A stretch of 64,000 nt of DNA from the human T2T-CHM13v2.0 reference genome, Homo sapiens: NCBI RefSeq assembly GCF_009914755.1, contig NC_060940.1, one strand, 5' to 3'. The translations under genes were made by a program, and so were the position numbers. Shown here one piece after another: positions 26,441 to 40,160 of this stretch. A model generated the notes under the pieces. That model did not search any database. It was not told where the DNA came from and saw nothing but the letters and a program-made list of their open reading frames with translations. The first letter of the stretch is position 1; each line of letters begins with the position of its first letter.

Positions 26441-27004
26441 GCCTTATAGGCCACAAAACCCTGCAGAGTGTGTCCTAATAACTTAGATAGCACTTTGGGA
26501 CCTTTCCATGGATCATGAATGAAGAGAGGGGAACTTTTCTCCTTTCTGCTCATGCTTTCTCCACACTTCTGTGAAATGATATGGTGCCTTGCTGGGAGGG
26601 GCCTGAAATTGCCAATCTTAAAGTCATTGGTACAAAGAGATAAAAGGTGAGTTGAGCGAAACCCCATGATTCTCAGGTGACTACCCTATAAAAAGTGGCC
26701 TAGATATTGTTACTTCCCTGCATCTAAACTGATATCCTCTTCATTTTTCTTCAGCAAGGCCCAGCCTGGGACCATTTCCTCCTAAATAGATTCCACATAA
26801 AATTCACAGCCTGAACTATGGAGCTCTCGCAGGCATCAAGGTTGCGGTGCTCTCAGTAATCCCTGGCTACCCTCAGATCCTTGCTTCTTGACTATTTCCT
26901 TAGGCTTGTGATCATTCTTGATTCTGACTTTTATTTATGTCTCCTTGGTGCTGTGTTTGAAAAGTCTACAAGAGACTTGATCACTAAAGCTCACTTTAAA
27001 AAAA

Positions 27005-27500
27005 ATTTACAAAATTGTGGTAAGATACACGTAGCATAAAATTAAGCATTTTAACTATTTTTAAGTGTACAGTTTAGGAGTATTAAGTGCATTTACATTC
27101 TTGTGCTACCATCCATCTGTGGAATTCTTTTCATCTTGCGAAACTGAAACGCTATGCCCGGTGAACATGAACTCCCCATCCCCCTTATCCCCAGGCCCTG
27201 GAAACTACCCTTCTACTTTCTGTCTTTATGAATTTGACTATTCTAGGTGCCTCATATAAGTAGAATCACAGTGTTTGTCTTTTTTGTGTGTGTGACTGGC
27301 TTATTTCAGTTGGCTTAATGTCCTCAAGGTTTAGCAGTGTTGTGGTATGTATCAGAAGTCTCTTCCTCTTTATGGCTGAATAATATCCCATTGTATGGAT
27401 ATACCACATTTTGTTTATCCATGCATCTGCTGGTGGATATTTGGTTTGCTTTCACCTTTTGGCTATTGCAGATAATGCTACCAAGCGCATGGATATGTAA
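27005..27500 (-). mobile_element. L1MB 3' end
   Basis: tttttaagtgtacagtt...ttgactattctaggtgcctcatataagtagaatcac...ggctgaataatatcccattg. Confidence 0.9.
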
Positions 27501-28034
27501 GACTCACTTTTGATGAAGTTTTCTCCAGGAAGTCTTCCCTTGTACACATTCTATCTTTGTAAGATGATGAGCAGTGGTGTTACAGTGTCTCATTCATCTT
27601 TATATCCCATTGACCAGAGGACTGCATATTGGACACTTAAATCAGTGGCTGTTGAATTCTTTGATTCCACACGTATTGTTTTCCCCAGAGCTGAAGGGAT
27701 ACTGAATTCCCAAAGCAGTTTACCTATAGCATTCCAATGGACTTTATGTAGTAGACAGCTGTAATATTCTCTGTCCAACCCTAAACTCCTTGAGTTGGGA
27801 GATGTTCTGTAAATCTTTGCTGTGAAAAGGAATGTTTTTCCCTGTCCATGCTTCTTGGCCATATGGTAGTAACTCCAGCTTGCTCCCCAGCTCTCACCCT
27901 TCTCTGACATCTCTACATGTTCTGAGCATCTGGTGAATTGACAAGTCCTCCTAGACTTAGTGTCTCTTGCTGGAGTCTCAACCAATTTCTGCCCAAAGTC
28001 CTGGCTTGACCTTGGAAATTCTGACTCAGACCTG

Positions 28035-28175
28035 CAATTAGGCCCTGGTAGCTAATCATCCTCATCTACTGACAATAAGAAACAGGTTTGTGAAGGAATT
28101 AACTGAGATGGGGTATATAAAATACCTAGTAGAGAGGCTGGCTCATGCAAGTGCATAGTAAATGGTTATTTTTTA
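28035..28175 (+). mobile_element. MIR fragment
   Basis: gtgaaggaattaactgagat...aaaatacctag...ctggctcatg. Confidence 0.55.
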
Positions 28176-29255
28176 TTAAGTATAATATTGTTTATTACAT
28201 ACAATTATATATTGTATACACAAATGTATATTTGTGTATACACATATAATCTTTTTATTCCTTATTCTCTTGTTACCTCAAAAAATCATTTAAGGTGTAT
28301 GACCCTGAAAATTACATATTAAAAGAATTATTGAAGTAAGAACAAAACATTAGAGTAGTGCTTTAGAGATAGGAAGATTGTAGTGTCCTAGAATTAGGAT
28401 ATGATTAGGACATAATTCTAGAACATTACAATCCTAATTCTAGGATGTTACAATCTAGGCTAAGGATAGTTGTGGTGCTTAAGCATTAAATTTAGCTCTG
28501 AGCCAAAGAAAAAAAAAGAAACAAAAAAAACCCCTTTTCTATTATCTCTCATATTTCAAGGAACAGAAGGAAGAAGACAGCCGCCTTCACGTCTGAGTAA
28601 TGAGTCATAGTGGGGGCCCTGATCACTTCTCTTGAAATTTGCTGATGAGAATGAAGTGACAGCCAGGGTGAAAGGGATGGCAGAGGGATGCTTGCTTCTC
28701 TGTTTTATCCTTGTTGGAAAGAAGTTAAGTTAGAATGAGAAAAATAATATCTTTTTTTGGGACTGTTCTCTTTGCAGTGGTCATGGGCTTAGAAGACCAA
28801 TGACACTTCCCAGATGAAAGAGTTATGAGGCTGATAAAAATGATGTGTGCATGAGCAGATGGTACCGTACTGGTGAGACCTCAGAACTGTTGCGTGTTTC
28901 TTGGCCTAATTGGCTGGATCACTCTTCTTGGTTACTAATATTAATACTTCGTCCAGGCATCTTCCCAGTATGATTTCCTTTGAAGTGTTGCTTAGGTTTG
29001 AAGTTGTGTCTGGTATGATCAGATTAAGTAGTTTGTCTTATTGAGGATGTCAGAATACCTCCCTTAGACGTACCCAATCAATATTACTAGAAGCACTCCA
29101 TGGGGCCCTTCTTCACTATGTCACCAACCCAGGGATTGGGAGAATGACACCATCAACTCCCAGATTACCATGTGATGTCAGTCTTACATATTCTGCTTCC
29201 ATTGTGATCAATGCCTGAGATTTCACTGTCAGAACGTGACACCCTTAGCATAATT

Positions 29256-29590
29256 CAGGAGTCTGCAAACATTTTCTATCGAGGCTCGATAATAAGTATT
29301 TTAGGCTTTGCAGGTCACACAATCTCTTTTGAAATTACTCAACTCTGCTTTGTGGGACAGAAGCAGCTGTAGACATGTCAATGAATGGGCATGACTACGT
29401 CCCAGTACAACTTTATGTATGGACACTGAAATTTGAATTTTATATAATTTTCACGTGTCACAAAATATTATTTTTTCTTTGACGTTTTCCAACCTTTAAA
29501 AAATATAAAAAAGCAGTCTTAGTTTGTGGGTCATACAAAAACAGGTGGTGGGCGAGATATGGCTCATAAGCCATGGCTTGCCTACTCCTT
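29256..29590. mobile_element. MER58B (hAT-Charlie)
   Basis: caggagtctgcaaacattttct...ggacactgaaatttgaatttt...aaaaacaggtggtgggc. Confidence 0.85.
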
Positions 29591-29779
29591 GCTTAGTTGA
29601 AATATGAATCTCTCTAAGTAGAATCAGGCTTTAAACTATTATCTGTCATTGGAATCTTCTTGTGAAAGAAAGGACTGTATGGTTGAGAGATAGCAAGAGT
29701 AAGGAGACATTTTTAAGTGTGAGGAATCTTTGAGGCCACTGGAGCCCTGAGTTCCAAAAATCCCAGGAGAGAATTGAAG

Positions 29780-29975
29780 TTAAGGTATAACAGAAAGAAT
29801 GTTGGTCTTGGAGTGAAAGACCTTTATTTAAATCCCAACTCAGTCACTTCCTTGCTGTATTTCTGGGGCTACTTATTTGATCTCTCTGAGTTTGTTTCCT
29901 CACCTGAGGGTGACATTCTTACAAGACAGCAGTGGGGATTGGAAAAAATCAACTGTCTAGTCAAGGCTTAACCTG
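29780..29975 (+). mobile_element. MIR
   Basis: tttaaatcccaactcagtcacttcc...tctctctgagtttgtttcctcacctg. Confidence 0.65.
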
Positions 29976-30493
29976 TTGTTGCTGCCCCCCATAACTTAGG
30001 GTTGATTATCATCTTGACTTAATTTTGCTTAAAACACTAAAGGAGTGTACTCCATGGATGGGGTAGGAAGCTCTAAAAACTCCTAGGGCACCTTTAAGGA
30101 GCAAGGGAGTCCATCTGTGATTAGTGAGCACAGCCAGAAGAGCAGGGAAAGGGCAGGGAGGGGGATGAAAACTGAGGTAGGGCCTGTCCCAGGAAGGTCA
30201 GGGGAGCAGAGCTATAGGACTGGGAGCTTGGAAGGAGCAAAGCAGGAGCTAGGTCAGCCATAGGAGAGGCAGAAGCAGGTTCAGGGCAGTTCAGGAGGCA
30301 AGAGGCTTCAAATGGATTTGGGGGGCTTAGAAGCAGGATTCCAGGATCACCAGCATTCCCACCTGAAAGCCCGATTAGCAGCAGGCAGTGTGCAAAACCC
30401 ATCATTTTCTCATCTTCCCAAGGCTCCAGCCAGGGCCTCCCTGCCCAGTTTCATTCAGTGGTAGGAGCTCACTAATGCCTCCCTGTCACTCAG

Positions 30494-30654
30494 AAGATCA
30501 GATGTTACTAGCACTTTGTACATCAATACAACTTTGATGTTAAATGAATGACGGGCTGCATCATGCAATGGTGTTCTGGTTGGAATCCTTCGGAGACTTC
30601 TTTGGAGTCTCTACAAGGAGCAGAGACTCTTACACTGTACTTACATTGGTCAAG
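30494..30654 (+). other. Candidate non-coding exon (161 nt)
   Basis: Branch-like cactaat + gcctccctgtcactcag| acceptor; perfect aag|gtaagt donor; stops in all three frames. Confidence 0.4.
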
Positions 30655-30685
30655 GTAAGTGAGCTCTACTGTAAAGATGCAGGAT

Positions 30686-30870
30686 AGTGTTGTCCAATGG
30701 AGCTTTTTACAACGATGGAAAGTTCTTCACCTGCATTGTTTAATATGGTAGTTTAGCCTCACATGACTGTTGAACACTTGAAATGTGGTTAGTGTGACTC
30801 TGAATTTTTAATTTTAATTAATTTAAATTTATATTTAAATAGTTAATGGTTACTTTATTGAACAGTACAG
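30686..30870. mobile_element. MER3 (hAT-Charlie)
   Basis: gtgttgtccaatggagc...ttgaacacttgaaatgtggttagtgtgact...attgaacagtacag. Confidence 0.85.
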
Positions 30871-31249
30871 ATGTAGATTTCGAAGAACATTTTGAACAAA
30901 TGTTCTTTGTCTAGTATCCACCACCAACTGGCAACTTCCTTCTGTGTGTCTTATTTTCAATTCCTGAAACAGAGGGAAAAAATCTGAAGGGTCTAGTTCA
31001 CCTTTGCACAGCCTCTAGATCGACCACCTTTGGGTCAGGTTCTTCAGTCTGCTTGTGGCTTGGGATGGGGTAAGACCTTGTGTTATGAATACAGCCCCAT
31101 AGGGAGCTGGACTGTGGGTGAGCAGACCCTCTTACAAAAGGATGGGGGGAGTCTGTGGCCAGGGCAAGCAGTGATTGGCATTGCTGGTAAAGACAGAGCT
31201 CTTGTGAGTCTTCAGAGGGCAAAGGAGTTTATAAGGAGGTAGATTGCAT

Positions 31250-31605
31250 CTCATTCATTCATTTAACCATAATTTTATTCAACAACCACTATAGGCCAAA
31301 CAGAGTGCTAGACCCTGGGGATACCGTGACATGTGAGGCAGATGTGATCCCTTAATTACCAAGCTCATGGATTAGCAATAGGAGCAGAAAATCAAATGAG
31401 TGATAATAAATACAGTGTGTTGAATGCTATGATGGTAGAGTGGGAAATGTTTAGGGAATGTAAAGCAAGAGATCCTAAGTCAGTTTGTAGAGGTCAGGGA
31501 AGACTTCTGGAAGGAATGAGACAAAGTGTTTGGCAGGTAATAAGTAGGGAAGGAAAAAGTAGGCGAAGTCCCAAAAAGGAGAAAATACACATTTGTAAAA
31601 ACTAA
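31250..31605 (-). mobile_element. L2 fragment
   Basis: cattcattcattt...gtgctagaccctggggatac...gtcagggaagacttctggaagga. Confidence 0.7.
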
Positions 31606-32172
31606 AACGAGTTCAGTGAGGCCAAATTCTCTGTTATGAGAATGTGGTTCCTGATCCTGTAGGTGAACGTTGCCATCTATTGTAGCCTCTTGAAGATTCT
31701 CCATGCGTTTTAGCTAAGTAGAGGCTCTGACAAGTCCTCAGTTAAAAAGAAATGTTAATCTAGTTTTATCAAGCATTTATGAAGTTTGTATAAACATGCA
31801 ACTCTTTTCTGTCAACCCAACCTCCTCTTAGCAACAGGCAGAACTAGTATTCCATGGAACACTAGTTGGGAAACTATGATCTAGACATTTCAGTTGTGTC
31901 CAGTAGAAAGAGACTGTATTTAAGACAGTTCTTGCTGCCCAGTCAAATTTGTTCCGGGCCTGAAAATAAATATGGAGCTTTCTGCCCGAATGCTTCTTGG
32001 CACACTAGGAACCAGATTAATCAACTTGTGCAGTTGGCAAAGTGCTTGATTTCCACTTGCAGCATTTCCCTTGAGGGTCTACTCACAGTCTGAATGAACT
32101 TCACTTTTCCTGATGCTATTTGTCCAACGCCCAGAGACACAGGAACTCACTTTCCCTTTCCAATTGTCCAAA

Positions 32173-32549
32173 TGTATTAGTCCGATCTCACGTTGCTAAT
32201 AAAGACATACTTAAGACTTGGTAATTTATAAAGGAAAGAGGTTTAATTGATGCACAGTTCAGCATGGCTGGGGAGGCCTCAGGAAACTTACAATCATGGG
32301 AGAAGGGGAAACAAACATGTCCTTCTTCACATTGTGGCAGCAACGAGAAATGCAGACTGAAGGAGGGGGGAAAGCCCCTTATAAAACCATCAGATCTCGT
32401 GAGGACTCACTATCACAAGAACAGCAGTATGGGGGTAACCACTCCCATGATTCAATTACCTCCTACTGGGTCCCTCCCATGACATGTGGGGATTATGGGA
32501 ATTGCAATTCAAGGTAAGATTTGGGTGAGGACACAGTCAAACCATATCA
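32173..32549 (-). mobile_element. THE1 (THE1C-like) solo LTR
   Basis: tgtattagtcc...gacacagtcaaaccatatca; flanks ccaaa / ccaag. Confidence 0.93.
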
Positions 32550-32714
32550 CCAAGTGTCTGGAAATTCCCTTTGCACTAAGTCTTTCAAGGCCCTCTCTGC
32601 AGAAGCACTTTTCCTTCGGGGAGCTGTGAGGACATTGGCTGTCCTTGCCATTCTCTTGATCCACATATTATGCTTCTCATGTTTTCATATTGGTGCATCT
32701 TGTCTACCCAGCTG

Positions 32715-32860
32715 AGCACTGGACTTTGGAGTTACTCCGCTTCCAGGTAGTGATTGTGGACAAGCAATTTCACTTCTCTGTACTTCAATTTTCTCATCTA
32801 TAAACTAGAAATTATATTACTGCACAGGGTCCTTGAGACTTTAGTGATTTAGATGATATT
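32715..32860 (+). mobile_element. MIR
   Basis: ggacaagcaatttcacttctctgtacttcaattttctcatctataaa. Confidence 0.7.
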
Positions 32861-33304
32861 ATCTCATTTTAAATGTTCTAAATGTTCCAGATCATTGAGA
32901 ACAGTACTGTCATCTAATGAGCATTATTACCTTTTCAAGAAAAGACGGAGTCTGTAGTTGTCCTGGATTTGATACAAACCTTCTCCCTACAATTGCTTTG
33001 TGTTGTTGATATTGGCTTTGAATCTTTCATAGGACAGTATGTTTCTCTAGGATATATTCATTCCTGATCTTTTTGAGGTTGTAATCCCTTCTTCCATTGT
33101 TTCTTTTCATATTCCTCCTTTTTTTATTGATAACAGGGTTTTTTTTTTACATATAAGTCACCCAATATACAATTCACCCATTTAAATTGCACAATTCAAC
33201 GACTTTCAGTATATTCTCAGGGTTATGCATTTATCACTACAATCAATTTCAGAACGTTTTTGTCACCACATAAAGAAGCCTTATACCCATTAGCAGTCAC
33301 TTCA

Positions 33305-34012
33305 TGTTATGGACTGCATGTTAATATCCCCCCCAAATTTATATGTTGAAACCCTTACCCTCAATGGGATGGTATTAGGAGGTGGGGCCTTTGGGTGCTA
33401 ATTCGGCTTGGATGAGGTCATGAGGGTGGAGCCCCCAGGATGGGATTATTGTTCTTATAAGAAAAGAAGAGGCTGGGAGCAGTGGCTCACACCTGTAATC
33501 CCAGCACTTTGGGAAGCCGAGGTGGGCAGATGTCGAGGTCCGGAGATTGAGACCATCCTGGCTACCACAGTGAAACCCCGTCTCTACTAAAAATACAAAA
33601 AATTAGCCGGGTGTGGTGGCGCACGCCTGTAGAACCGGCTACTCAGGAGGCCGAGGCAGGAGAATCGCTTGAACCCAGGAGGCGGAGGTTGTAGTGAGCC
33701 AAGATCGAGATTGCATCACTGCATTCCAGCCTGGGAGACACAGCGATATTCCGTCTCCAAAAAAAAAAAAAAAAAAAAAAGAAAAAAAGAAAAGAAAAGA
33801 AAAGAAGGACTACAGCCTGCTCTTTCTCTGCATGCATGCACCAAGGAAAGCCATATGAGGACATAACCAAGCAGAGGCCCTCACCAAGAGACCAGGCATG
33901 CTGGCGCCTTGATCTCTGGCTTCCAGCTTTCGAAACTGTGATAAATGAATGTTTGCCATTTCAACCACTCGGTCTATGGTGTTTCTGTGATAGCAGTCTG
34001 AGCTGACTGAGA
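33305..34012 (+). mobile_element. MLT1A/MLT1A0 LTR
   Basis: tgttatggactg...gatgaggtcatgagggtggagcc...gatagcagtctgagctgactgaga. Confidence 0.85.
33471..33806 (+). mobile_element. AluS (Sc-like)
   Basis: Full dimer with A-tail; aagaaaagaag on both sides. Confidence 0.95.
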
Positions 34013-35832
34013 AACTCCATTGCCTCTCAACGTCTCTACCCTCATTTCCCCTAACCCCTGGCAACTGTTAGTCAGTCTCTTTGAATTTGCCTAGACTGGA
34101 CATTTCATCCAAATGGAATCACACAGTACGTGGGCATTGCGACTGGCTTCCTTCACCCACATGGTGTTTTTGATTGTCGTCTGTGCTGTTCCTGTGTGTC
34201 AGTGCTCCATTCCTTTTTGTGGCTAGAGAGTAGTCCATTGTATGGATGGACCGCATTTTGTTTATCCATTCATCAGTGGATGGACATTTGCATTGCAGAT
34301 GGACCTTTTGGCTGTAACAAATATTGCTGCTATGAATATTTTAATACCTGCTTCTAATTTCTTTGGTTATATACCTAGGAGTGGAATTGCTGGATCCTGT
34401 GGTAACTTTCTGTTCAACATTTTGAGGAACTGCAGGATGGTTTGCCACAGCAGCTATCCTATTTTGCATTTCCAGCAGCAGTGCCGCATTGCTTGACTTA
34501 TCATTACCTCTACTTGCCAGCTCACTTGTAAATAGGTAATAGACCTTCTGGCTTATTATTGATATATATTTATTTTAAAAACAAAGGAAAGGGAAACTTT
34601 TGAAAAAAATTTTTAGTGGCACGTGTGGAAGTAATTGTGCTTTATCAAAAACCAAGACCAAAACCAAAACAGATTTGGTGGCGAGGCAGCAAATGTTAGC
34701 AGTTATTATTATTAGACTAACCTAGATTATAAACCCCTTTGCAGCCAAGGACTAAACCTTATTTACCTAGGTTTTATTCAGGGAGCTTGTCAAGAGGCTT
34801 GGGGTGAATACACATTTATCATTCTTCCATTTGTTCACTTAACACTTTATGCAGGGTTATGGTGTATGCCTGTTTTTAGTAATGTGCAATTAAAAAAGAG
34901 AAAGACAAGTTTAATGCCACAGCAAGTCTACCATTCTACTCAGTGAAGTTGGACTCACAGGCAATAGATGCACTTAAGCCTGAAACAGTGAATGGAGGCT
35001 TAAAACCAATGGAAATTACTTATGAATAATTTTAAGGGCTTGTCACCCTTTGACAAAAGAGGGAGATACATGATTCATCTGGCCGGCTAAGTGGGTGGTG
35101 ATGGCATTGTTGGCAAAGAAATGCAGGAATTAACTGAGGATCAAGAGAAGCTTTGAGCAAGGGGGCAAGAGGGGGGAACTTATAGGCTTGTCCTCAGAAG
35201 ACATTTGTGGTCGATTTGGGGATTTTAAAGATCAAGTTAGACTCTTGGTCATTTTTGCTCTTTACCTGCTGACAGCCTTGCGAACCATTCAAGGAAGTGC
35301 TGGAACATGGCAGAAAGCACAGAAGATAAAATCTTTGCCTTCTGGGCACAGGGTCTGGTGTGGAAGGCAACAAAATCAAATAGCAATCACAAAACCATAC
35401 AAAAAAGACAGAGATAGGAGTGTGTGCAGAGTTGGGGTAGCACAGAACAGGGAGCTTCTGAAGGTAAGGTCGAGTGTATTAGTCTCCCAGAACTGTAGTA
35501 ACAAATTCCCACACACTTGCTGGCTTAAAACAACAGAAATTTATTCTCTCACAGTTCTGGAGGCCAGAAGTCTGAAGTCAAGGTGTCAGTAGGGCCATGC
35601 TTCCTCCAAAGGCTCTGGGGGAAGACCCTTCCTTTTCTCTTCCAGCTTCTGGTGGTTCCTGGCATCATTCCTTGACTTGTGGCTGCATCACTTTAGTCTC
35701 ATGGCTCCTTTCCTCCTTCTCCCTGTGCCGCTCCTCTGTGTGTCTCTTACAAGGGCACTTGCCATTGAATTTAGGGCCCACTCAGATTAGGATGATCATA
35801 TCTCAAGATCTTTAACTTAACTACATTTGCAA

Positions 35833-35833
35833 G

Positions 35834-35864
<31 letters not shown>

Positions 35865-36096
35865 TCCTTCCTTCCTCCCTGACTGCCTTCCTTCCTTCCT
35901 TCTTTCCTTCCTTCCTTCCTTCCTACCTTCCTACCTTCCTTCCTTCTTTCCTTCCTTCCTTCTTTCCTTCCTTCCTTCTTTCCTTCCTTCCTTCCTGCCT
36001 GCCTGCCTGCCTGCCTTCTTTCCTTCCTTCCCTCCTTCCTTCCTTCCTTCCTTCCTTCCTTCCTTCCTTCCTTCCTTCCTTCCTTCCTTCGTTCCT
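35833..36096. repeat. Compound (CCTG)n/(CCTT)n microsatellite in the Alu tail position
   Basis: About 260 bp of tetranucleotide units. Confidence 0.97.
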
Positions 36097-36770
<674 letters not shown>

Positions 36771-38137
36771 TAACAGGTTCTGGGGTTTAGGATGTAGACG
36801 TATCTTTTTAGAGACCACCATTTAACCCCATTACATTAGGGAAGTCTCCTTGGATGCAATAAACAGTTTGTCTAAATCCTGAAGCAATTAGCTAGGTGAA
36901 AGGGTAGAGGAAATTATTCCAAAAGGAGGGAGGAGCATGTGCAAAGGTCCTGTTGAAAGAGACTCTGCAGCCATTCATGCATACCATGAGACTTCTGGAG
37001 TACAGGGGGAGTGTGTGTAGCATATCGTGGAGTGAGGAAAGGGAGATGTTTTGGGCTAGGGAGGTATGCAAGGCCCATATTCCAGACAGCCTGGGATGAC
37101 ATGATAAAGAGATTGGAGAAACTACTAAAGAATTTTAAACAGGGAGGCAATATGAGCCAATTGGCATTTAGAAAGATCACTTTGGACAATTTGTGGAGGA
37201 TGGGGTGCAGCAAGTCCAGTGGTGGCGAAGCTAGTTAGCAAAACTTTTGCTCAGTAAATGTGCATTGGCTTGAATCCTCCCTCTCCTTATTTCACAGATT
37301 CTATTTTCTTACATTAGCGTGTGATTTTTGCTGGGCTGTTGGATGCTATTTAACATGCTAAGCCAATCTACTTACTTGTAATGCTCATCACTAATAGGAA
37401 ACAAGATGCTGGCCTCACAAGGTAAACTGGCCTCACTCAGTTGACAAAGTCCCTTGCACTGATGATCAAAGATTGTAAATGGATTAAACAGGTTGACGGT
37501 GTCAGTTCCAATTTTTTGAGCTACCAAATCATCTTGTCAACAATTAGCATCTACAAAATATGAAGACGGATACATCACTGTTTCAGAAAAGACTGAGGAA
37601 TTCTGGGTGTTGCTCTGGATATGACACAGATTTCTCCCTTACCACTGCTTTGTAGTGGCTGCTGAAATTAAGGCTTGAATGCTTTAAGAATACCTATTGA
37701 ACCTCCTCTAGGTGTCAAGGATATCCAGGATTTAGCAGAGAACCAAACAGCCTGTGCCTTCGAAGAGCTCACAGTCTAGAAAGGGGTGGTGGTACTTCTG
37801 TGCTAGAGAAGAGAGGGGGGTTCTGTATATTTCCTAAATGCCCCACCAGAGGGGCTAAAGGGGGAAGGTTGCAGAGTCCTCTGTTTTGGCTTCATGCTGC
37901 AGTGCCTGACTCTGCCTTGAAGGTGTCTTGTTCAGTGGTGGGATCACTCTGCTTGTTGGTGACAACCTGGGTATAGAGATGCCTTCTGAGTACATTCCTT
38001 AGATGTCCTCCCTGTGCTCCCACTCCCCTGTCCACTCTTTGGGGGTTAGCATCATCACTGTCCATGCCCTCCAATGGGATTAGCTCCCTTCCTGACCCCA
38101 GGGATCTCTTACAGCATGGAAGTGCATTTCTCCAGGT

Positions 38138-38290
38138 CCATTTATTCATCTGTTCATCCTGCAAACATGTACTGGCCGCTGACTGCTTATAATGTCCGGT
38201 GCCAGCGCTTGGGATTAATATAGACACAAATTAGACATGAGTCTTGCCTTTAAGATGCTTAACATTCATGTCACCCACTTAAAGCAAGGG
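38138..38290 (-). mobile_element. L2 fragment
   Basis: catttattcatctgttcatcctgcaaacatgtactg...agacatgagtcttgccttt. Confidence 0.6.
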
Positions 38291-40013
38291 TGGACTGTGG
38301 GAGGGCTAGTGATAAGCAGGGTGAGATTTCACTGGCAAGAGGCACTGATGCCATTGGAAGGGGCTGGGTTTGTGGGTGTGAGAGTGGTGGGAAATGTAGG
38401 GCAGGAAGAGAAAATGGTGAAGCTGCCCTTTGAAGGGTTTGACTAGGTGAGGATGGGTCAGATTCACCCTGACACACCTGGCCAGGGCTGATCCTAGTCT
38501 GGAATTAGATGTCTGGGTTCAGAACCCATGCTATCTGTGAGACCATGTGCAAAGGTCCTCACCAGCTAGGCCCCATTACCTCATCTGTGAAATGAGATAC
38601 ACATAGTTCTTCCTTCCTGGTGATTCCCTGGAGATTTGGCCAGCTTCGTATGATGCTTTGGGCACAACCCCCAGCATGGCATCAACTCTTGATCAGTACC
38701 AGCTAGCTGCCATTGCTGTTAGCCAATCCGGGGAGAGAAGGGACTTTTCTGACACTGCGAGCTTGGAACAGGCGTCTAGTACCATATATTTAGGAGACTG
38801 GAAGGGAAAACTTGACCATTTCTTTGAGTTGTAAACTTGCCTGGTAGCAAGGAGGAGAAAAAGGTGAGCAAGTCCCATGTCTAAAACCCTATTAAAGGCT
38901 CTTTATTTTTTCCTGGCTCTAGGGCTGCGTTTTCTACCTGTTGTTATGAAAACATGGCCTAAAATATCTCTAGCCAAGCAGTCCAGAGCCCATGGGAACT
39001 GTCAAAACTGGGATTGGAGCATAAATATGAAATGACACGAAGCTTCATGTTCTGTTATTAAACTTCACAGCTAGAATTTTTGAAAGCAAATTATCTTGTA
39101 GAAATATTCTTGTTACGTTAAACTGGAAATGAAAATAACTTATTTATTTGCTTAGATCAAATTGTTGCATGCAAAGTTAGGCTGTGTTGTTTTTCCACTG
39201 CCAAATGCTTTGACGCATTCCTTTAACCAAACAGTTTAAATGTGAATATTAGTTAAGATGCATCAACCACAGTGGGTTGTCAGCCTCCTAAGGATTGTAT
39301 CCTTTCAAATGGGTCAATGAATAGAGATTTAAAATAGAAGTCAGATACTTTAATGTTTTTCGCATTCAACCAAGAGAACAATTTGCTTGCAGATAGTAGG
39401 GGTATGTTATATGTGATTGATAAATGAGCTTATTTACGGCAATTTGGGCATCCCCTGTATGTGCCGTAGTTTTCAGAAGCACGAGCAGGTGTTATCAGGG
39501 CTTGGGATGCACCTTCATGGCCACCAGATGTCACTGTTGAGTCACAGAAGCACAGCCATAGGGGCTGAGAATCTTTGGTGGGGAGGACGTTTAGGAAAAC
39601 TTTACCTTGCCAAACAGCTCATTCTTTATTTTAAATATCTGCCAAGCCCAGGATCCCAGGGCAAGCTTAGCTGAAGTCAGGAGAGTGCTTTAGAGTATGG
39701 AACAAAATTAGGGAAATAGGAAAAAAATGCAGTATTTGCTCTTTCTGTCTTTTGGAGATTCTCCTTGTCGCTCAATCACACTTGTACGCCTGCTCTCTCC
39801 CCATTCCCAGCCCAGAGCTAAGCAGTAAATGCACTGAATTGGTTAGACCCTTGCAAAATCGCAGAACACCAGAGCTGGCAGGGCTCACAGGCGTCAGCTA
39901 GCACAATGTCTCAACTCAAGTGCAGGGGCGCCAATAGGAGGAGGAGTTGTTCAAAGTCTCTGTTAGCTTTAGGCTGAGGATCTCTCATAAGGATATTAAA
40001 TAAAGGTATAGCA

Positions 40014-40160
40014 CAGCGGTTCTTAAAAGTGTGGTCCCTGGACCAGCAGAACTAGTATCACACGGGAACTTGTTAGAAATGCACATTCTTGGCCTGCACC
40101 CCAGATCTACTGAATCAGAAAGGCTGGGTTGGGGTTTAGCAATCTGTCCTTTAACAAGCC
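40014..40160. mobile_element. MER5A
   Basis: cagcggttcttaaaagtgtggtccctggaccagcag...gggaacttgttagaaatgcacattc. Confidence 0.88.

Larger units (their letters stand above)
33120..34490 (-). mobile_element. L1MB 3' end split by MLT1A and Alu
   Basis: caattcacccatttaaattgcacaattca (33170); tatacctaggagtggaattgctggatc (34370). Confidence 0.85.

Noticed and set aside
29277-29291. tatcgag-g-ctcgata palindrome in MER58B
   Set aside because: Only 7-bp arms; compatible with chance.
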